Notes: generated by a model from the sequence alone, not told the origin. 64,000 bases of DNA from Antedon mediterranea (GCF_964355755.1 NC_092671.1:12896001-12960000), one strand, 5' to 3'; numbered from the stretch's first letter, positions 40,763-52,530 are shown. Made by a program: numbers and translations.

Positions 40763-43479
40763 TCAAAAGAATTTTACACCCTCGTTGCCATCAAATGAAA
40801 TCATCTCAGCTTTATGTTGTCTTTGTAGTGATTCTAATGAACGTTTTAAAAGCCAATCTTCAAGTCCAGAAAATTCTTTAAAAAAGACAAAACCAAAATT
40901 AAATTAACTTTATTGAATTGATTGATTGAAACAAAATGATGAAATTTGATCATTTGAATTGTGAAATGCAAGAAATGACTTGAGTTAACATTGGATTTCA
41001 ATAGTTGAAAACACATCAGAACCACACTACCTTTGGGACCAAACAAAAGACGTCCCTTGTCCTGTCTCAAATGAGGTGTTTTACTGTAATAATTTGGAAT
41101 TTAGGCACAAAATTATCCATAAACGTTTGCTGTCACAAATTGAGTCTTGCAGATTAATTCTATTTAATTAATTAAGTACATAAAACATTGCAACTATTGA
41201 TATTTTATAGCCACAAATATGATTTAAAATGATAATAATGATAATATAAATAATGGGGAAATTCTCCTACCTTCTGATTTAGAATCGTCACCATGTGTGA
41301 TTTCAAACAGTGTGCATACTGAATTTAAAAACCCATTTTTTGAAGCCTGAATAAAGTTATTTTATAAAAGTTATTTTTAAAAATAAAATGTTTATTTATT
41401 TATATAAGAAAAAAACCAAAACGCATAGGCATACAGTATATTTCAATTTAATATAGAATTAAAGAAATATCTTTTACTTAAATATTAAACATTTCATTTT
41501 TATTACCTCCGCCAAGGAGGTTATGTTTTCACCCCTGTATGTTTGTGGGTGTGTTTGTGTGTGTGTTTGTGTGTGTGTTTGTGTGTTTGTGTGTGTGTCT
41601 GTGAACAGCCTGGAGGCCACAGTTTTTATCCGATTCTAACCAAATTTGGACACAATGATCTATGCCCAAAAAGCTCGGACGAGTTCGAATTTGAGGGGGA
41701 AAGGTCATAGGTCAAGGTCACAACTAACAAAAAACTATTTTACTGCCTAGAGACCACAGTTTTGATCCGATTCTCACCAAACTTAGCCACAATGATCAAT
41801 GACACATCATATAATTGTGGTTAAATTTTGAAGGGTCAGGGTCAAAGATCAATGTCCACAAAAAAAAAAATAAAAAAAAACCCTCAGTGGGACTTGAACC
41901 AGCGATCTCAACTGTGAGAGGCTGGATACATAACCATTACACCACACTGTCATCCACAACTTTGTAGTGTGCAGTTAACATATTTACACTTAGAACTAAT
42001 AAAAAAAAATGTAAAAAAAAAATATTCAGGGGGCATTTTATGTTGGGGAATTTTACAGTAGGCGGAGGTTTGTACTCTCGGAGTACCCTCTAGTTATTAT
42101 ATATTATTACTGATGCTTCATGATTCTCACTCTCTTTAATATTATTTTTTGTAACCATGTTAAATGGCCAACTGAGACAAGTTCACTCCTAGGATGGTCC
42201 TCATTTTTTAGCTCTGTATTATTTGTATGGCATTTGATGATGTTGAATTTGAGTTAATAGCTGAACTGTAATATCCGTAATGTGCTTTGTACAATGATGC
42301 TTACCCATTTATAAATAAGTTTCCCCCATTCGTCTGGTGTTCTCCACATTAACAAACACCTAGATTTTGTTTTATCCGTCCATTCTACATTTCCTATCAA
42401 TAGTAATAAAATATTTAATAAAAACGCATGGATACCACAAATAAAAGGATATAGACTCTTTAGCTCAAAACATTCCTCCTGTCGATGTACAATATATAGT
42501 ACTGCAGGGGGTCAAACTGGGCTAATCCAGGATGTTGGGAAGTTGGCCCAACATGATCACCTTCCAAAAGTTTGAAGAACTGAACCTACCTCTTGCTTTC
42601 AACTCTTCTAGAACTCTGTAAACTCCATCTAAAGGCAGCTTCCCTATCATAATGTTTAAGTAAAACACTAAATAAAAGTTAACTAGAGTCTATGTTCTGA
42701 TGATTATGATGATTTGGACAATGATGTCGATAATGATATGTGTTCAATTTTACTTCTGCCGTATTAACTCAAAAGGATACTGTTAATTTGTGAATTTGAG
42801 AATGGAGGATTTGTTGATGACTCTTTCACATCTAGTTGAAATATTTTATTTTGTTGAGAAAACAACAAGACCAAGTCACACCAGCCTTCAATTTGTTTTT
42901 TCTGCGTTTCAAGATTAGGTTGAATTCTGTGATAACATAATAATATGGAAATAAATGATGATGTAAAATATTAACATTCACTAAAAAATAATAAATAAGA
43001 TAGGAAAACCATTTAATACTAGGCCTAATAATTAATAAATAAATATCATCTCAACTCAATCATGAATTTTTAATTCTAAAAGCCATTACCATTATGAATA
43101 ACAATACATATAAATAAAATAATAACTATAACATTAACTAGAATCAAGCCTATCAAGCCTAGACTGTAGTGTTAAGCCCAACGTACGTCGTCTGCAGCAC
43201 TCACATGGAACGAAACGTCCCTCTCACTCTCCTCTCAGCCAGCCTGGCTGCTGGAGAAAGTGGTTTCTGTCATCTGACGCTCTAGTAGTAGGCCTACTAG
43301 AAGAACTGGAATTGTTTGCAGTTCTTATATTATAATAAACAATTTAATTGATAATTTAATATACAAATATAACAAGACAATTTATGGTTACAGGAGAAAG
43401 TAAATAATTATCAATTAGGTTATCCTTACGTGAAAAAAGGAGGAAAATTGTACTGCCAAGGCCACTCCAAATTACCCAT
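40763..43479 (-). CDS. VPS25: Vacuolar protein sorting 25 (ESCRT-II), 6 exons, apparent 1-nt frameshift in exon 4
   Basis: Exons 43479-43430 (MGNLEWPWQYNFPPFFT), 42926-42781 (IQPNLETQKKQIEGWCDLVL), 42643-42590 (RKLPLDGVYRVLEELKARG), 42392-42305 (NVEWTDKQ/SRCLLMWRTPDEWGKLIYKW), 41346-41271 and 40875-40763 (HKAEMISFDGNEGVKFF stop). Total 527 nt, one base short of an intact frame. Confidence 0.92.
41502..42095 (+). mobile_element. Helentron-derived element (HINE-like) in VPS25 intron 4, carrying an antisense tRNA-like fragment
   Basis: 5' ttacctccgccaaggaggttatgttttc, a (gt)n/gttt microsatellite, subterminal inverted repeat acctccgcc/ggcggaggt, 3' hairpin gtactctcggagtac and ctagtt end. Pol III A/B boxes lie on the minus strand at 41885-41950. 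Confidence 0.75.
42644..42780 (-). other. U12-type (minor spliceosome) GT-AG intron, VPS25 intron 2
   Basis: 5' splice site GTATCCTTTT. Branch-like TTTACTTAAAC about 10 nt before the AG. No polypyrimidine tract (acattatgatag). Confidence 0.8.
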
Positions 43480-43661
43480 TTTGTCTGCTTATACTGAACA
43501 TGCGCATATCGTCGGTCGCATATTGTGTGTGTGTGTGACGTACGTGTGTGGTGACGTGTGTGTCGGGGGGGGGGGGTGGGGGGAGGGAGCACACACGATG
43601 TTAATTATATTATTTAAATAAACAACAAATACAAATAAACATGAATAAATAAATATTGTTG

Positions 43662-43811
43662 AAAGTTACCGGGAGAATAATTGTTCGCCAATTGTTGTAA
43701 GGTCATTATTTATAAATACAGTATTAGTAATTACTTATAACCGGAAGTCATTCGGTAATTATTTATAAATAATGACCTTTAACAATTATCATAATTATTC
43801 CGGTAACTTCC
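43662..43811. repeat. 150-bp imperfect inverted repeat in the VPS25/UBE2F divergent promoter region
   Basis: aagttaccgg..gaataatt..aattgtt..aaggtcattatttataaata pairs with tatttataaataatgacctt..aacaatt..aattattccggtaactt. An ETS-like ccggaagt sits in the loop (43741). Confidence 0.6.
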
Positions 43812-44158
43812 GTGACCCCATATTTTTAGATCGACCCGATCGTCTCTCTAGAACCCGGTCGTGTGTCGTGAATCGACCTGATCCCCGGTCGTCTCTGTGT
43901 CGGTAACCTCTCTGTCGAGTCCCACGTCTGGCTGGCCTGGGTAGGCCTTTATTTCTTTCGTGGTAAATATACCTTTCTTATATAGGCTTAGCTAGGACAA
44001 GACCTAGGCTAGGCCTAGTTGATAATAAATAATATAATCATGTGACTCTTTTAGGCCTAGGCCTAGGCCTAGGCCTATCTTTTTTCAAAAAAAGACAAAA
44101 GCAAAAGATTATGCTAGGCTAGGCCTACTAGGCTAGGCCTAGCCTAGACCGGTTATCA

Positions 44159-44310
44159 GACGATCAGGACCACGGACGATCGGGCCCACTTCAAGACGAT
44201 CGTGACCAAATCGTGAGACGATCGGGCCCATCAAGGGTGAAAGACGATCGGGCCCAGAGACGATCGGACCCAGACGATCGGGCCCAACAACAAACAAGAC
44301 GATCGGGCCC
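44159..44310. repeat. cluster of 8 gacgatcgggccc-like direct repeats, probably a subterminal repeat of a DNA transposon
   Basis: Eight near-identical 13-mers separated by variable 1-13 nt gaps. Confidence 0.65.
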
Positions 44311-44656
44311 AAAACATTCTCGGGAAAATAAATAAATACGCGAATACTAACAACACAATAATAACAATCAAAATCAATCACATTTTATTCATAAATCGAG
44401 AGTATGGGTAAGAAATTCTTAAAACCAGTAGGCCTAGTGTTAATTATGGGAAAATTATGATAAATCAGAAAAAATCTAATTAACCTTTTAATTAAAATCT
44501 TACTACTTAAGCCTCTAGCCACCACGCATAATTAATTACTTAACTAGGTTAGGCTTGGTAGGCTAGCTAGCTTTTCATTCAGACTCTTCTCTGGCAGGCC
44601 TAGGTAGTAGGCTAGGCCTGGAGTACTACACTACGCCTAGGGCCTATATATCTACT

Positions 44657-45587
44657 ACAACCTATGGCCTGGACGCGATTTTTTTTTTCGTACATAAGTT
44701 GGGGACCCCTCATGAAACGTCACAAAATATGCATGAATAATTCATCAGTTAAATTTGTTGTTCCGTGTGCACCCAAGCGTATAGCAACAAGAAGTGATTA
44801 CACGCACAACTAAACTGCGATACGATTCTTTCTGTACAGTAGGCCTAGGATTCTAGGTCAATTCACGTGATTGCCTTCGCGCACTCTTCTTCACACACAC
44901 CACTATGCAAAATGTGTCGAGGCTAATCGACAGCTAGGCAAGACATTAAACTAAGTAGTAATTGGAGATAGCCCAAAGAAAGCTTAGACCCACAAGAATA
45001 AAAAATGTGTATAATTTGTGTAGGCCTACTGTAATTTTTTAATTCTGCTATTTTATTATCAAACAATATGCATGTACTCAAAGAAACTTTAAAAATGCGC
45101 GTATATGTACACATGAGATGGGAAGATTAGACCCACGAGAATAAAAAATGTATTTTTGTGTAATGTTTATTGTTTAATTTTGATGACTTGTTACTCGGAC
45201 TGTGTCATAACTAACACACACACACCTCACACACACCATGGAGTAAACTCCATGCACACACCCACACTACTAGAATAGAAATGGGTTTAGAGACTAATAA
45301 TTAGGCCTAATAGTATTAATAGAAACTATAGTTTTAACACGTAATTCTTTAGTAATAAATTATATTAAAAACACCATCTTTTATGAAATCCCACGCGGCA
45401 ACCACAGCGGAGATTAGGCCTAGAATCGTACCGCACTTGTGTAATCACTTCTTGTTGCTATACGCTTGGGTGCACACGGAACAAGAAAATTTAACTGATG
45501 AATTATTCATGTTTATTTTGTGACGTTTCATGAGGGGGTCCCCAACTTATGTACGAAAAAAAAAATCGCGGCCTGGACCCTAGGTAG
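44657..45587. mobile_element. about 930-bp element with about 170-bp terminal inverted repeats
   Basis: cgcgatttttttttttcgtacataagttgggga...gtgcacccaagcgtatagcaacaagaagtgattacac (44674-44803) is reverse-complemented at 45439-45570. An internal direct duplicate spans 44984-45033 / 45127-45162. Confidence 0.8.
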
Positions 45588-45990
45588 AATTTCCCTGGCT
45601 CCTCAAACTTTTTACTAATAAAAATTGTAAGTATTTTGCATCACGTTTGAAATAGGTCGCTAGGCCTAGTTGACGATAAAGTTTAAAGTCAACTTTGGTA
45701 TTTTTCCGAATGCCTAACATACTTTTATTAGCTAGATAATTATCATAGCTAGAAAAAAAACAATATATACTTTATAATCAAAAGTGTTTATCGCGACTGA
45801 TGCACGCAACCAATGCACACAACCTATATTTCATGGATCACCAGCTCCTTTACAATCACCTACTTCTGAAATGGCAGTTTTTTAGTAGTGATTTTTGAAT
45901 ACGATACTTAGTAATGTATATAGTAATACTGCTTTGATTTGAGATTGTTGCGATTTTTTTACAGCAATTCTATAGGCACATTGCAATAAA

Positions 45991-47773
45991 ATGATAACCT
46001 TGTCTAAAAAATTACGAGAAGAAGCTGCTAAAAAGAAGGGTGCACCACCGTTACCTGGTAGCAAAACTCAACGAGCTTCCATACGAGATAAGCTACTAGC
46101 AAAAGAAGTGCCAGAGATGAAAGAAAATTTACCAGGTGAGAAATCTTTTATGACAAAATGACTTTTCATTGACTTACACACACAAAATACGTGAACTTGG
46201 TGAAATCTCGGGAGGAAAGAATAGGGCAATACACGCGCGCGCAGTAAGAACTCGGAACAAAAACACAGACATCTTGTTGGTGTGTTTTTCTTCCAAGATT
46301 TCACAAGGGACCTCTGTGAAATCTTTGGAGATTTATTTTCCACAAAATTATCTTCACACTATGCAAACCTGGTAATACAACTTAGGTAAGGGTAACTATT
46401 AGTTTCACTGTTGAATTTTGTCATTCTTTAGCATCTTGTGAAGTGGAATTTGATAATGTTGATACTTTGCATCGCTTTAAGTTGACAGTTTGTCCAGAAG
46501 AAGGATATTGGAAAGAAGGGCGATTTAAATTTTATATTGATGTACCAGAGGAATATAACATTGTGGTAAGGTATTTCATTATTATTTCCAGTTTATACAG
46601 TATGTTGCATGTTGAATCAGATCTATGTGTTGATAGAGATAAGGATTTCACACTTTATTGTTTATTGTTTTGGTTGCAAAAAAGATAGTTGTGATTGAAC
46701 ATTTTTAGGTGTTTTTTTTTAGCCACCAAAAGTTAAATGTTTAACAAGGCTTTGGCATCCTAATATTACAGAAGATGATGGAAGTATATGTTTAAGGTAA
46801 GAATATTTATTTTAATGAATATCTATCTGTCTATAGAATTTTATAATGCAATTTAATTTTAATATATTGGTATTTTTGTATACTGATATATTTCTGCAAT
46901 TTTCATTTATGGTGATTTTTTATTGAATATCTTTTTACTATTTTTGTAATATTACATACAATTTGGCTCCAATAATAATAACAATAAATACTATTGCTAT
47001 AAATATAAAAAAATTATTAATAATAGTAGTAATAATAATAAAGTGAAGCTTGATTGAACTAAAATACGATTTTAGGAAATGTTTACAATAAAAGTAAACA
47101 ATTACAAAATGACAATGAATCATTTTATTTGTTAATTCTAATGTAGACTCCTGGAGGCATGCCCAAAAGCATCAAAGAGTGCTATTATGATCTTAAAAAG
47201 GATATACAGTAATACTTATGGTTTTAATTTGTTTATGTGTAGTATTGTTTATTTTTAGCTTGTTGAGAGAACATTCAGTTGATGGTACAGGTTGGGCACC
47301 AACAAGAAGGCTTAAAGATGTTGTCTGGGGTCTTAGTTCACTTTTTTTAGTAAGATTTTTTAACAATGTATATTTTTCTGTGGAATCGTGTATCAAAAAA
47401 CAACATATGATGGCTAAGAATAAGATTTAAAAATTACATAATGTTAATACAAATATTTGAGTAGAAATTGCTCAAGGATGTAAAACATCAAATTATGAGC
47501 CTCCACAAATCAGTTTCAATCACGGACAAATTATTCATAGCATTCCAAATGTTTAAAATTCCCTTTCAAGCATCATTGAAACATTCTTCTGAAAGGTCGC
47601 ATAATTATTGACTGTAAAATAATTTTTAAGAAGGAAATTATTATATTTTCTTTCAGGACTTGGTTGATTTTGATGATCCTTTGAATAGTATAGCTGCAGA
47701 TCTTTATCTTCGGGACAAGAAAGCTTTTGAAGGAAAAGTGCTTGATTACGTAGAACGTTATGCAAAAAGCTGA
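45991..47773 (+). CDS. UBE2F: NEDD8-conjugating enzyme UBE2F, 5 coding exons, 186 aa
   Basis: Exons 45991-46135, 46432-46565, 46723-46796, 47259-47349, 47657-47773. Motifs [34 protein letters not shown], catalytic [20 protein letters not shown], and FDDPLN. Confidence 0.95.
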
Positions 47774-49392
47774 AAAATTTCGATAATGTTGACTATTTTT
47801 ATAAAGTAGAAGGGCTCAAACGATTATTTGAACCCACTAAAAGAAATGAGTTGCATTTCTACACAGAATACAACAATTTGTCCAAAATATCTAGATGCTG
47901 CTTGCCATTAAATGAAAGCTCACCACTCTATAATACTGCCATTCATTAATGATGTGCTGAATCATGTATAGCAACACCGACATTGAATTGAATGAAATTC
48001 CAGTAAAGAACTTGTGTGTGTGATTGCTATTGAATGACAAGAAAACAAACTACGGTGCAATAGTTTTTATGGTATTTTCATCCTTCCAAACTGTTCTTTT
48101 TTTTATCCAAAAATAAACAACCCAAGATATTTAGCTATGTGATCACAACTGGCTTTTTTTGTTTGGCCATCTGTGTGGTGTTTGCTGCTCTACATCGTAA
48201 TAAATAAGCACAATAAAAATATAAAGTAAAACTCTTTCTGTAGAAATTGACATATTATTAGCAAATAATGTTTAATATTAAGGCACCAGAAAGAAAAACT
48301 ATAAATATTTTATAAATTTATTGAAATCCAAGAATGAAACCAAATCAACATTTTGAATATTATATATGCAAAATACAGTTTCTGGCTATATTCCCTGAAG
48401 CTATAAAGTGAAACTTCTCAGAAATATTTGTAAAAATGTAGACAGATTTAGAAACAATGTTATGTAATTACAACATTTGCTTTGTGAAATTGTTTAAAGA
48501 AACAAAATAGATATTTAATATATAGCCAGCCATTGTGTAAGGTATTTGTGCCTACAAGATTTTAAATTGATCAAAATTGACAAAACACACCATAAGAGTG
48601 ATTTACCATTACAGCTAAACATTGTTTATTTCATTCCAATATTTTTTTAAGTTGATATTACGAATGCTGACTTTTTTTAGTCTAACAAAATTATTGTATG
48701 ATATATTGTAAAATTTCTTTGGATTGAATATGGAATTATGTAAATGTGAAAATATGCATGTTCTACGTTAATTTGTTCACATTTTAGAACTTGTTTGACA
48801 ACATTGTATTTTTAAAAAGGCCATTTTATATCTGTTCAATAGCTGGCGATGTTATCACTGTGGATTGAAAACTAGATTACTTCTGACCAATCACATGCCA
48901 GCAAACTAGATTCACGTATGGCATTAATAGTCGTCTCAAAGAAATTTCATATTAATTTAATAGTACTGCTACATCAGCTGAACAACTAATAAAATTATGA
49001 TATTTTTTGTTTAGAAGGAATGTTTTACTTGTTATAATTTAGTATGTTCTTTTGTTTGATAGTGAGGCCACTGTTAGTACACCCATAGTTTTCAAATTTA
49101 TTAAGGTTTATTTAACTGTACAATATTAGGTAAATTATTCTGATTAAATTAAAGATTCTAAACCCTATTAAATTGACTTAAATCTACCATACTTATATTT
49201 ATCACCATGATCAAAATTTAAAATGACAAATATAGGTTATAACTAAGTTTGGCATCAAATGACCATAAATGGCCACATTTATTACTATGTAATTGTTATA
49301 TTTCTGGCCAATCTGTGTGGATATAATCTATAATATGCAGGTGTAATACTTGAAGATTTTATGCAAGCGACATCAATGTGCTATTGTACATT

Positions 49393-52309
49393 CTACGGCT
49401 TTGGTGGGAAATGATCTCCAGGTTTCTGAAAAAAAAGAAGAAAATTGTAGAATACAGTTGAATTTTAAAAATTAATTTTTTCATCAATTTCACTACACGG
49501 CTCAGGAGAAATTTAGTATTAGTACCGAACTTTTCTGCAACTAACCAAAACTTTTACAATTTGAATGATGTTTGTTATGTTTTCTAATGGATCATTTATC
49601 GATGTAATTATACATACCCAGTGTGGCCATGTCTGTATGTATTTGAACAGGGCATCACCAGGGCATTCAGTTCCATTGCGTGCCTGACGATGTCCATACA
49701 ATATATAATCTGGTTCCAATACGCCACTGTTAAAAATTAAAAGCGATAATTAAAACAAAAATAAATACAGTAGTAAAAAAGTATAATAGATACAGTATAA
49801 CCGTTCCTTTGGGACACCTATCATGGCCATACCTTGCTCTGAATGAACAAGTGCAATACCTATACAGTATACACTTTGTTTGGTCCAGAAGGTTAATAAG
49901 GTTCTACATAAAATTAATACATCTAAATCCTAATTATGTTTCTTTGTTCTAAAGTTATGTATAGAGATATAAGATCTGTAAACATACATAAACATTGGAA
50001 AATAATAAAAATTTAAATTTAAAAACTTTTAGAGACGTTGCATATTTATTGATCATTTTATGAACTTACTTAAGCAATGCACAACCAATAAGACTCTCTA
50101 CTGCTGCTATCGCTGCCTGATTTGGTAATTTTGATGTGTAGTCACCCATAATAGAAATACCTAAAAAGGAAACATAATTATTATATATCTTTAAATGTTA
50201 ACCTAAACAAACCATCCATTTTTTAAACAAAAAGCTTTACAAATAAATGTGTCAGTCCAATGTATTAAAATTAGCATTTACTATTTAAACGTTTTTTTAT
50301 TTGGAATGAAGGAAGCAAATTGATGTGAATAAAACAAAAATTGAACATGTTCCAAAGTATGAATCGTAGTCTTTTCTTACCAATAGATTTATCATTATAC
50401 CAGGGTGCGTGTGCTCCAACAGTTGTCCAATTTCGACCTTCATAGACAAGGCCATCTTCACCTACTAAGTAGCTATATCCTATATCCCACCAACCCCGAT
50501 CATCCATATGAAAATCCTGAAATTTACAAAGCCAGACATTTAAGTAAATTGTTATCCCGAGTTATCCTAAAAAATGAATTGAAATTAGTTGGAAAAACCC
50601 ATTACGAGTGAAACGGCAAGTCTCACTCGCTACATGGTTCTGGTGGAGTCTTCTGGGATAAGGACTATAAACTTTAGATCCAGTGTATACATCTAACCCA
50701 GGTGCACTAAAGAGCATAGTACATCTTTTGAGACAAGTAGGGGTTACCCCGATGTACTAAGTACACACACAGCCACTGTCACTCACAGCCACTGTGCCCT
50801 CTGGGAGGCCAGTCTTTGACTGAAGAGGTCACCCAGTATAAATAAACAATAAGTAACAAGTATAGTGTTGCAATATCAAATGTGAGAAATCACAAACCTG
50901 TATCTTGCGCATTTCTTTACAGCAATCATCAAAATTAAAGCATTCGTCCATATATGTGTGATGAAGGATTACGAAAGACACAGGTGTTTTCATCTCTTGC
51001 CTTTCTTTTGGAGGTCTTGCTTTCCAGTCTTCTCTTGAAACAATGTTCGGGCATACATTCGATTTTATCACTTGTATAATAAAAAAAACAGAAAATAATA
51101 TAAATGTAGTATTAAAATTAAACAAACTTAATTCATTTAGAGTTTTGACTATTCTATACCACAATCATTATATTAAAAAGAGCTGTATGGCCAAATCAAA
51201 AAATAGTTTAATATTTCTGCATTATATTAAATCTTTGTTAAAAATATAAAACACTTAAGTCTTGTCCTTATAATAGTACACTCTGGATGGAAATATTGTG
51301 GCAATTATGTACTTACTTTTTCCAAATTCATGTCCCATATTCTGTAAATCAACCTTGGTCTTCTCCATATTTTGACGGAATACATCCATCTAAAAAAAAG
51401 GATGATTTATGTTTGTTGTTAACAGTGTGCCAATTGACATACTTAAAATGTATATCTATATAATGTATTTGATGCACCAATGCTGAATATAGCAAATAGT
51501 GATTTTTATCAGTTTTATTGTGAAGCTTAATACAGTAGAACTCCTATTTCAGGAAACCCAACAAAGTGTCCCTTTAATACGGTTGTCTCCTGAATAGGCC
51601 ATAGTGTTAAGACATATTTCTCTCGTTTATTTCACAAAGAGAGTGTCCCTTGAATAGGTGTCACAAGGGGTTCTACTCTACATACAATGTAATAATGTAA
51701 ACATTATCAAAAGGCTATGTTTCTCAGGTAGGCAACAATAAACATGAAAACTTACTCGTTCCTCATAAATGTAGATTTGCACAATCAATATCAATGAAGC
51801 TATGCCCAGAAAGACGATGAATGCCAGCAATGAAAACATAGCACACGTACGTTTGTGACTCATCTTTGATTTGTAGTCCATCTAAAAACAATAGAAAAGG
51901 CTGAAGGTATTCAGTTGTACCATGGTGAATTTATCCATGTGTTTACAAAGTATTTATTAAACAAACAACTTATTCTGGTTTATTGCACTATGAGATAGCG
52001 CTCTGCTTTGTTGACAAAACTATTTTTATAAATCTGGACATTCCATTGATTACCTAAAACTGCAACTTAACATTTATTCAAGCTATACAGGTTTAATATT
52101 AGCAAAAGTAATTAAGCTAGATTTATTTCACATTGGTGGTCAACAAGAATAGCTCAACCCCCTGAAGACAAGAAACAAGAAGGAAAACGTGCACAGTATA
52201 CATCCATGGTGAAATTAAACTTCCCATTCTAAAAAACGTCTCATTAATATGGTGCAACTTAAGCAGATTGTGAAAAAATACTCACCGAAGAATAAGATAT
52301 TTTCTCCAT
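49393..52309 (-). CDS. peptidoglycan recognition protein, amidase type, with N-terminal membrane anchor (about 254 aa)
   Basis: Exons 52309-52286 (tentative; alternative start at 51881), 51881-51756 (hydrophobic [25 protein letters not shown]), 51389-51317, 51070-50898, 50516-50381, 50160-50070, 49726-49618, 49425-49393. PGRP motifs [42 protein letters not shown] and TECPG. Confidence 0.9.
50620..50852 (+). mobile_element. 5'-truncated second copy of the Deu-like SINE, in a PGRP intron
   Basis: Aligns by eye to 7288-7527: catggttctggtgg, ggataaggactataaac, gtaggggttacccc, ctctgggag, agtctttgactgaagaggtcacccagtataaa. Confidence 0.8.
51533..51678. mobile_element. Tc1/mariner-pogo-type MITE
   Basis: TA|cagtagaac ... 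gttctactc|TA with internal gtgtccc/aatagg repeats. Related fragments lie near 2610-2685, 2165-2240, 49790-49890 and 54120-54150. Confidence 0.6.
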
Positions 52310-52405
52310 GATTGCTATTCAGTGTAATGCACAGCAGTTTCTGTTATGTATGCACAGTGCTGAGTAGTAGGAGGAAGTACAGTACATAAACGTTGTTGTG
52401 TCTAA

Positions 52406-52415
52406 GGGAATTCCC
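52406..52415. promoter_or_regulatory. NF-kappaB consensus site upstream of the PGRP gene
   Basis: Palindromic GGGAATTCCC about 100 bp upstream of the putative first ATG (52309). Function is inferred from context. Confidence 0.55.
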
Positions 52416-52530
52416 CTTTTGTCATAAATAATATGTTTCTTCCTTGTATTTTACAATGAAACTAGTCATGCATACAATATAAACTTTCATTCCTGGAGTG
52501 AACTATCATTGACAGAAAGTATTGAAAAAA

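Noticed and set aside
41885-41950. Functional tRNA gene (also considered at 7211-7300 and 60843-60905)
   Set aside because: Here the acceptor and T stems do not pair. The other two are SINE heads with only A/B boxes evident.
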